DNA from: Myxococcales bacterium
GTDB lineage: Bacteria > Myxococcota_A > Polyangia > Fen-1088
Assembly (NCBI GenBank): GCA_003153015.1
Contig: PMBS01000254.1
Coordinates: forward strand, 9,568-73,567
DNA: 64,000 bases
Reading direction: 5' to 3'
Shown: in pieces, positions 10,071 to 16,849 of the stretch
Position numbering within the stretch: position 1 is the stretch's first letter
Layout of the letters: each line of letters opens with the position of its first letter
Notes under the pieces: generated by a model
Databases searched by the model: none
Seen by the model: only the letters and a program-made list of their open reading frames with translations
Told to the model about the DNA's origin: nothing
Translations under genes and position numbers: made by a program

Positions 10071-10100
10071 CATGGGAACCCGCGCAGGGTTCCCGCGATG
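10071..10100. repeat. REP-like palindromic repeat copy (ATGGGAACCCgcgcAGGGTTCCCgc)
   Basis: Same GGGAACCC/GGGTTCCC inverted-repeat core. Confidence 0.65.
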
Positions 10101-10137
10101 GTGCGCGGCGAGCAAAGCTCGCCGGCTCCCCACGCGA

Positions 10138-12375
10138 CTATGACAGCAACGTGGGCTTGCCGAGCAGAGCGGGCAGCGCGCCAGTCGCTGCGGTCTTCGC
10201 CGGGCTTTCGCGCCCCGCCGCCACATATTCGTCCGTGCCCTCCCTCTGAGCCGGCGGCGTTGCCTCGGATTGCCTCGCCAGTTCAATGAAGCGATGCTGG
10301 CTGCGCCGCAATGGATCGCCATTCCCAGTGCGTAGACGTGTATAGGTCCCGTCGGGCAGCAACATGCGCGTCTTCACGTTGTCCTCCAGGCTGATGGTCA
10401 AGATTTCGTCGATCAAGCGGTCGCGGAGCGATTCGTCGTCGACCGGAAACATGACCTCAACACGACGAATGAAGTTGCGCGGCATCCAGTCGGCCGACGA
10501 CAGGTACACCTCACGCCGGCCGCCGGCGTGAAAGTGGAAGATGCGGGCGTGCTCGAGAAAGCGGTCGACCACGCTCAGCACGCGGATGTTCTCGCTCATG
10601 CCTGGAATTCCGGGCCGCAGGCAACAGATCCCGCGCACCAGCAGGTCGATCGACACCCCGTTCTGCGATGCCCGATACAGGGCGCGGATGACGTCCGGGT
10701 CGACCAGTGCATTCATCTTGGCCACGATGCGGCCTGAATGACCGTACATCCGCTCGCGCTCGATGAGTTCGACAATGCGCTCGGCAAGGCCCAGCGGTGC
10801 CACGGTAAAACGCTTCCACGAGGGCGGAGCGGAATATCCAGTCAGCAAATTGAACATGGCCCCGGTGTCGTCGGCAAAAGCCTCGCGCGCAGTGAAAAGC
10901 GAAATGTCCCCGTAGGTGCGAGCGGTAAGCGAATTGTAGTTCCCCGTCGAAAGATGCACGTAGCGACGGATGGCATCCCCCTCGCGGCGCACAACTAACG
11001 ATGCTTTGCAGTGGGTCTTCAGTCCCACCACCCCGTACACCACGTGCACACCCGCCTCTTCCAGCACGCGTGCCCAGGTGATGTTCCGTCTCTCGTCGAA
11101 GCGCGCCCGCAGCTCGATCATGGCGGTAACCTGCTTGCCATTCTCTGCGGCCCGGGTCAGCGCGGTGACGATAGGCGAATCGGCGCTGGTCCGGTACAAG
11201 GTCTGCTTGATGGCAAGAACGTCGGGGTCGTTGGCCGCCGCGGACACGAAATCCACCACGTGATCGAACGATTCGTACGGGAGGTGCAAGAGCACATCGT
11301 GCTCGGAAATGACCCGAAACATGTCCGCGTCGAGAAAGGCCGCGACTGGCTGAGGAGAAAACGCCTCGTCCCTGAAATCCCGCAACTCGTCGCGCGTGGC
11401 CAGCGGAGCCAGATCGGCCAGGTGGAGCGGTCCCTCCGCGGGGTAGACGTCATCCGGCTGCAAGTGCAGTGCCTTGCGCAGAAAGCTCTCTACCTCCGAC
11501 GGCGTGTCATGTGCGAGTTCCAGGCGCACTGCCTGGTTACGCTCGCGGCGACGCAGCTCACGCTGGATGGTCTTCAGCAGATCGTCCGCCTCGTCTTCAT
11601 CCACCGACAGGTCGAAATCGCGTGTCACGCGGAAGCAATGGCAGCCCATCACGCGAAAGCCGGGAAACAGCTCGCCCACGTGCATGGCAATCACGTCCTC
11701 GAGCAGGACGAAGGCGGCCCGATGGGGCGAGGACGGCGGGATCTCCACCAGGCGTTTCAGCACCGCCGGCACTTGCACAACCGCGAAAATGCGCGAGCGG
11801 CGAGCCACGCGCTGGCTCTCCTTGCGCAGGACAATGGCCAGGTTGAGGCTGCGGTTGCGCAGCACCGGAAAGGGGTGGCCCTGGTCCACCGCGAGCGGCG
11901 TCAGCACCGGCCACACGTTACGGCTGAAGTGCGCGTTCAGGAACCCCTTCTGCTCGGGGTTGAGTTGGTCAGGCGCCAGGATGGCCAGGCCCGCTTTGGC
12001 GGTCAGTTGGGGCGCGACAAAGTCGCGGAAGTTGCGGTACAGGGCCGCCACCATGTCGTGAGTGCGCGAGGAGATCGCCGCGAGCTGCTCTCCAGGCAAC
12101 ATCCCGTCTGCACCACTGTCGGCCACACCGCCGGCCAGCAACTGCTTGAGCCCGGCGACCCGCACCATGAAGAACTCGTCCAGGTTGGACGCCACGATGC
12201 CCTGGAACTTGCAACGTTCGGCCAGCGGCACATTCGGGTCACACGCCTCTTCCAATACGCGTCCGTTGAACTCCAACCAGGACAGTTCGCGATTGATGAA
12301 GTGGTGCGGGCACACATCGCTCCCTGCGCTGCCGAGCGCGTGGTCAGTCGAAGCAGAATGGCGCTTGGAAGACAA
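10138..12375 (-). CDS. ppk1: polyphosphate kinase 1
   Basis: 745 aa with PPK N-terminal (FINRELSWLEFNGRVLEEA), PLD-like C1/C2 domains (HxK motifs, VYLSSADWMPRN). Confidence 0.9.
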   Translation of the reverse strand: MSSKRHSASTDHALGSAGSDVCPHHFINRELSWLEFNGRVLEEACDPNVPLAERCKFQGIVASNLDEFFMVRVAGLKQLLAGGVADSGADGMLPGEQLAAISSRTHDMVAALYRNFRDFVAPQLTAKAGLAILAPDQLNPEQKGFLNAHFSRNVWPVLTPLAVDQGHPFPVLRNRSLNLAIVLRKESQRVARRSRIFAVVQVPAVLKRLVEIPPSSPHRAAFVLLEDVIAMHVGELFPGFRVMGCHCFRVTRDFDLSVDEDEADDLLKTIQRELRRRERNQAVRLELAHDTPSEVESFLRKALHLQPDDVYPAEGPLHLADLAPLATRDELRDFRDEAFSPQPVAAFLDADMFRVISEHDVLLHLPYESFDHVVDFVSAAANDPDVLAIKQTLYRTSADSPIVTALTRAAENGKQVTAMIELRARFDERRNITWARVLEEAGVHVVYGVVGLKTHCKASLVVRREGDAIRRYVHLSTGNYNSLTARTYGDISLFTAREAFADDTGAMFNLLTGYSAPPSWKRFTVAPLGLAERIVELIERERMYGHSGRIVAKMNALVDPDVIRALYRASQNGVSIDLLVRGICCLRPGIPGMSENIRVLSVVDRFLEHARIFHFHAGGRREVYLSSADWMPRNFIRRVEVMFPVDDESLRDRLIDEILTISLEDNVKTRMLLPDGTYTRLRTGNGDPLRRSQHRFIELARQSEATPPAQREGTDEYVAAGRESPAKTAATGALPALLGKPTLLS

Positions 12376-12408
12376 GGTTTAGGTCTTGCTCCGCGTTGAG
12401 ACCACCTT

Positions 12409-12436
12409 CTGTGACAATTCTGTGAACTCTTGTGAT
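12409..12436. promoter_or_regulatory. candidate Pho-box-like element: three ~11-bp phased direct repeats (CTGTGACaatt CTGTGAActct TGTGAT)
   Basis: Lies 35-60 bp upstream of the ppk1 start on the coding side; its reverse complement contains TTGTCAC/AGTTCAC half-sites resembling the E. coli CTGTCAT Pho box. Confidence 0.45.
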
Positions 12437-12469
12437 GCCCGCCAACCCTGCGTGTTACTGAGCATCTGT

Positions 12470-13969
12470 TCAAGCCACTTCGACCCGCAAACGGCGGCGA
12501 AATACCTGGCGAAACAGCGATGCCTCGCGCATCACGTCCCACATCTCCAGATCCATGGTTCCTCGCGCGGCCAGAGTCAAGACGATCTCGTGCGGCCGGA
12601 CTCGGGCCGTCAAACGTCGCACCGGCCGGGCGTGACTGCGATCGAGCGAGTCTGCCACACGCAGCAGGGTCGCCAGCTTGCGCACGATTACGGCCTCGCT
12701 GCGCGACAGCCCCGCCATGCCGCTGTGGTGGAGGTCAGGGTGGCTTCTGCGGTGATAGCGTGCGATGCGCGCAACCAGATCGCGCTCGCGGTCGGCCAAG
12801 CCCGGAATGTCCGTATTACGCACCAGATACTCCGTGTGACGATGGTGCTTCTGATAGTTCACGGAATTGCCGATGTCGTGCAACCACGCGGCTGCCTCCA
12901 AATACGGACGAACTGCGGCCGGCAAGCGGTGAATCTGCGGGATCTGATCGAACAGGGCCAACGCCAGCGTGGCGACCTGGCGTGCGTGCGCCTCATCGAA
13001 CTGAAACCGGCGCCCAAGCGCAAGCGCCTCATCAGCCAGAGAACGGTCGCGCTGACTGGTGTTGCGACGGTTGAGCAAATCGACCAGCAAACCGTCGCGT
13101 AGGCCTCGATCGACGGCCGTCACCGCATCCAGTGAAAGCCGGCGCGCCAGCGCCTCCAGAATCACAGCGCCAGCGAGCACAATATCGGCACGGGCTGGGT
13201 CAAAACGCTGCCGTCGCTCGCGCGGGCTCATGACCGCCAGTTCCTCGACCGCGCGGCCCAGTTGCTTGACCGTGGCCTGGTTGCTGCCTTCGGCCGCCGT
13301 GTAGTCAACCACCGCCCGGATCGAGCCCGAACTGCCCAACGCCACGCGGGGCGCGCCGGGGAGAACCTTGGGCAGCGACTCGGCCATGGCTTCCCGAGCA
13401 TAACCGCGCGCTAGTCGAAGCTGCTTGCTTGTGGTGGTGTGGGCCAACTTGAACAGCTCGGTCAGGCGAACTGCGCCCATCGCCAGACTCCAGAGGTGGG
13501 TGGGTCGGTCGCCCAACGCCACCGCCACCTCAGTCGATCCCCCGCCGATATCAACACACAGTGATCGGGTTTTGGGCGGCTTGCCGTGCAAGACGCCCAG
13601 GCAAATAAGTCGTGCCTCTTCTTTGCCTGAGATGATCTCCAGATCCAGCTTCGCCTCGCGTTGCACGCGCCGGACGATCTCGTCGCGGTTGCGCGCCTCA
13701 CGCAAGGCACTGGTCGCCACCGCGCGCACCCGAGCGCGATAGCGGCGGCACAGGGATCCATAGCGCCGCAGGGTGGCCACCAACCGCTCGACGGCCGGTC
13801 CCGGAATCGCGCCTCGCATGAACACGTCCTGTCCTGGCCGCACCGGATCCCGTTCCTGATGAGTGATCTCGATACTGCCGTCGGGCAAAGCGCGGCCCAT
13901 CTGCAAGCGCACGGCGTTGGCGCCTACGTCTACGGCTGCGATGATGGAATCAGTTCCTGGTGCTCTCAC
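12470..13969 (-). CDS. ppx: exopolyphosphatase / Ppx-GppA family with C-terminal HD domain
   Basis: Ppx/GppA N-terminus (IAAVDVGANAVRL, ASKH fold motifs) and HD domain. A GTG start at 13969 gives a normal N-terminus; the upstream ATG at 14083 would run through the shared promoter region. Confidence 0.8.
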   Translation of the reverse strand: MRAPGTDSIIAAVDVGANAVRLQMGRALPDGSIEITHQERDPVRPGQDVFMRGAIPGPAVERLVATLRRYGSLCRRYRARVRAVATSALREARNRDEIVRRVQREAKLDLEIISGKEEARLICLGVLHGKPPKTRSLCVDIGGGSTEVAVALGDRPTHLWSLAMGAVRLTELFKLAHTTTSKQLRLARGYAREAMAESLPKVLPGAPRVALGSSGSIRAVVDYTAAEGSNQATVKQLGRAVEELAVMSPRERRQRFDPARADIVLAGAVILEALARRLSLDAVTAVDRGLRDGLLVDLLNRRNTSQRDRSLADEALALGRRFQFDEAHARQVATLALALFDQIPQIHRLPAAVRPYLEAAAWLHDIGNSVNYQKHHRHTEYLVRNTDIPGLADRERDLVARIARYHRRSHPDLHHSGMAGLSRSEAVIVRKLATLLRVADSLDRSHARPVRRLTARVRPHEIVLTLAARGTMDLEMWDVMREASLFRQVFRRRLRVEVA

Positions 13970-14014
13970 GGTGCAAGGCTCCGGCTTGGCTAATCGCCCC
14001 TTGAGGCGTTGTAC

Positions 14015-14043
14015 GAAATTATGACAGGGCAACGTGACAAACC
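14015..14043. promoter_or_regulatory. candidate Pho box (minus-strand reading TTGTTGC-TTGTCAC-CTGTCATaatttc)
   Basis: CTGTCAT is identical to the E. coli half-site; half-sites at 11- and 13-bp spacing. Sits in the divergent region between ppx (minus) and response regulator 2 (plus). Confidence 0.45.
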
Positions 14044-14163
14044 AGCAACAATCGGACGGGCCGGCTCGTCTCCCTTTCCCCATGACCGTCCGCGAGATGG
14101 GAGAAGCACGAAAGTTTCAGCAACTTCACCGTCCCGTAACCTTGGGGCCGTAGCCTGTCGGCA

Positions 14164-14955
14164 ATGGTTGAATCCAGTCGTCGACCCTTGCCCCGCATCC
14201 TGGTCGTCGAGGACGAAGTCGACATCAGCGCCTCGTTGTCGTACAGCCTGAAGGCAATGGGCTATGAAGTGCAGGTCGCGGAACGTGGCGAGGCGGCGCT
14301 GGAGGCGTTGGCCAGCTTTCGTGCCGACTTGGTTCTGCTGGACATCATGCTGCCCGACATATCGGGATTCGATGTCTGCCGCCGCATACGAGCAGCGACT
14401 AGTGGTGTCCAGCCCGTGGTGATCATGCTGACCGCCAAGAGCCAGGAACTGAACCGCGTGGCCGGCTTCGAGGTGGGCGCCGACGATTATGTGACCAAGC
14501 CGTTCAGCATCCGCGAGCTCATGCTGCGCATTGAGGCGCGACTCAAGGCGCGACGGCCAGCGGCTGAGCCGGCCCCGGGATCGAAAGGCGCCAAGAACCC
14601 GGAAGACGAAGCGCGGGTGAAAGTGGGCCCGCTGGAAATCGACCGGGCTGAGCACCGCGTGTTCGTGTCCGGCGAGGAAGTCCGGGTTAGTCCACTGGAG
14701 ATGCGCCTTCTGCTTTTCCTGGTGCGAACCCCGGGCAAGATGCGTACGCGCAAGGAACTGCTGACCGAGGTTTGGGGCTACCATCCGGAGGTATCCAGCC
14801 GCACTCTGGACACGCATGTAAAACGCATCCGTGACAAGTTCGGCGCTTCCGGCGATCTCATTCAGACGGTGCGCGGGGTGGGCTATCGCTTGGCTGTGCA
14901 TGCAGAGCCGGCGGCACAGAAACCAGCAACGGCCACCCCAACGCGCAAAGGCTGA
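14164..14955 (+). CDS. OmpR/PhoB-family response regulator (paralog 2)
   Basis: 263 aa, receiver plus winged helix; highly similar to paralogs 1 and 3 (shared LLDIMLPDISGFDVCRRIRA, VAGFEVGADDYVTKPFS, LLTEVWGYHPEVSSRTLDTHVKRIRDKFG). Confidence 0.85.
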   Translation: MVESSRRPLPRILVVEDEVDISASLSYSLKAMGYEVQVAERGEAALEALASFRADLVLLDIMLPDISGFDVCRRIRAATSGVQPVVIMLTAKSQELNRVAGFEVGADDYVTKPFSIRELMLRIEARLKARRPAAEPAPGSKGAKNPEDEARVKVGPLEIDRAEHRVFVSGEEVRVSPLEMRLLLFLVRTPGKMRTRKELLTEVWGYHPEVSSRTLDTHVKRIRDKFGASGDLIQTVRGVGYRLAVHAEPAAQKPATATPTRKG

Positions 14956-14985
14956 AGAGGCAATGATGTGCGCAGCCGACGCATC

Positions 14986-15774
14986 TCACCTGCGCCGGGC
15001 GACGCTGCCCGGCGGATCGTGGCGACGGACCCGCTGCTGTGGCTTGGCCAGGCGATAGCCTACGCCATGCACTGTCTGGATCATCCACGCCATGGGCCCG
15101 AACTTGTCGCGGATGCGTTTGATATGGGTGTCGAGGGTACGACTGGAAACATCAGGGCGGTAGCCCCAGACCTCAGTCAGCAACTCGCGGCGCGTGTGCA
15201 TCTTGCCCGGCGAACTGGCCATGTATGCCAGCAGGCGCATTTCTTGGGCGCTGAAGCTGATCTCTTCACCCGCAAGAAAAACCCGGTGGCCTGCTTGATC
15301 GATCTCCAATGGTCCCAGGGTCAGGCGCTCGTCAGTCGTATGCTGGCCCCGGAGTTCGCCGACAGCAGCCAGCTCGGCGGTTTGGCGCGCCCGCAGCCGC
15401 ACCTCGATGCGCAACATCAGCTCGCGCAGGCTGAACGGCTTGGTCACAAAGTCGTCCGCTCCAACCTCGAAACCTGCTACCCGGTCACTTTCTCCGGTCT
15501 TGGCGGTCAGAATGACCACGGCTGGTTGCCGGGCCACCGCGCTGGCACGGATTCGACGACAAACCTCGAAGCCGGAGCAATCGGGCAGGCTGATGTCCAG
15601 CAAGACCAGGTCAGGGCACAAATCGGGAAACGCACGCATGGCCTCTTCACCAGTGCCGACGACCTGCACCTTGTAACCCGCAGCCTCGAGAATGTACGAC
15701 AGCGAACCGCTCAGATTAGGCTCGTCTTGCACGACGAGAATGCGCACGGGCGCCTGGGATGAGATCCCGAGCAT
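14986..15774 (-). CDS. OmpR/PhoB-family response regulator (paralog 3)
   Basis: Convergent with paralog 2; same domain architecture; start placed at MLGISSQ (internal Met). Confidence 0.8.
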   Translation of the reverse strand: MLGISSQAPVRILVVQDEPNLSGSLSYILEAAGYKVQVVGTGEEAMRAFPDLCPDLVLLDISLPDCSGFEVCRRIRASAVARQPAVVILTAKTGESDRVAGFEVGADDFVTKPFSLRELMLRIEVRLRARQTAELAAVGELRGQHTTDERLTLGPLEIDQAGHRVFLAGEEISFSAQEMRLLAYMASSPGKMHTRRELLTEVWGYRPDVSSRTLDTHIKRIRDKFGPMAWMIQTVHGVGYRLAKPQQRVRRHDPPGSVARRR

Positions 15775-15901
15775 GCGGCGACCATATTCGGGGTACCATG
15801 GAGATCGTGTTACAGCACTGCAACGTGATTGTGAATGCAATGTGGAGCCCATGGGCGTCATCGAGCGAATGCGTACCGCGCCATAGGAATGCGACGCGCG
15901 A

Positions 15902-16849
15902 CTACTGCGTCACCTTGATCTTGTATTGCTTGAAAGTCGTGCCACCGCGTGAATCGCGCAGCACGAGCCACAGGTAGACCGGCATTGCCGTATCCGGGGC
16001 CTTCCAGGTATTGCTGGTCGAGATTGCGACTTCGGTGCCTGCCACACCCGTGCGGTCGTGTTCAAACGACCCGGACGTGGCAAACCAGGACATGTACAAA
16101 CTCTCGGTTTGATCCACCAGCGCGTCGCCGCTCGGGTTGAGGACCGGGAACGTCTCGGCCGAGCTCGCCGTGAACCTTGCCTCGAAGACGACCGATTCGC
16201 CCGGCGACACGATCTGGGTGTCGAAATCGAGGTTCAGCCGGGAACCGTCGGCCCTGACAACATCGGTGGAGGCGATGCCGGGATCGTTGTTCGGTTGGTA
16301 CCGCGTGTTGTATTCGTCGACAATAGTCGTTGGAGCATTGGCCAGATTGCAGGCAATTCGCTCAAAGGCAAATCCGGTCAGGCTGCCGGTCGCTAGATCA
16401 GGGAATTTCACCCGAACCGGCAAGTAGTAGCCGCCGGTGCTATCCGGATCGCGCGGTCTGATCGCCGGCTGTCCCGCCGAAGGCGGGGGCGCAATGGGGC
16501 CGAACAGGGTGCAGGCGTTGGTGAGGACCGGGGTCTCGAAGGTCTGTCCCGTGGTCGGGCCAGGCGCGGGAGGATTGCAGGCACTGGCCACCGAATTGTT
16601 CTCGGCCGGGGGTTTGGGTGTCTCGCAAACATCCCAGCCTGCGGTGGCGTCGGTCACAGTTCCCGCGGGCGATGCAAGCAAGAAGGAGTACACCACGTCG
16701 GCCCCTGGCTTGGACTCGGGGGGCTCGCCCCTCACCGCGAGAAGAGCGTAGTCGGTGACGAGCGAGGGAGCCTGCCCCACCTCGGGCTTGCACCCGAGCA
16801 CGGTGCTGGCAAGAGCGACCACAAGAAGAGGTTGTTTTGCGTAGGCCAT
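15902..16849 (-). CDS. lipoprotein of unknown function (paralog of 53535..54557)
   Basis: Signal peptide with lipobox (ASTVLGC); start abuts the stop of the upstream TonB-dependent receptor; shared motifs GGYYLPVRV and WYATAGSFEHD with the cassette-B paralog. Confidence 0.7.
   Translation of the reverse strand: MAYAKQPLLVVALASTVLGCKPEVGQAPSLVTDYALLAVRGEPPESKPGADVVYSFLLASPAGTVTDATAGWDVCETPKPPAENNSVASACNPPAPGPTTGQTFETPVLTNACTLFGPIAPPPSAGQPAIRPRDPDSTGGYYLPVRVKFPDLATGSLTGFAFERIACNLANAPTTIVDEYNTRYQPNNDPGIASTDVVRADGSRLNLDFDTQIVSPGESVVFEARFTASSAETFPVLNPSGDALVDQTESLYMSWFATSGSFEHDRTGVAGTEVAISTSNTWKAPDTAMPVYLWLVLRDSRGGTTFKQYKIKVTQ

Noticed and set aside
11011-12399. 462-aa plus-strand ORF
   Set aside because: Entirely antisense to ppk1, whose identity is unambiguous; composition is Arg/His/Gln-rich low complexity.
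13990-14901. 303-aa minus-strand ORF
   Set aside because: Antisense to response regulator 2, which has textbook receiver and winged-helix motifs.
14968-15762. 264-aa plus-strand ORF
   Set aside because: Antisense to response regulator 3.
15825-15847. GTGATTGTGAATGCAATGTGGAG upstream of response regulator 3 as a further Pho box
   Set aside because: Phasing is suggestive but the half-sites (TTGTGAA/ATGTGGA) match the YTGTMAC consensus poorly, so it is left as unsupported.
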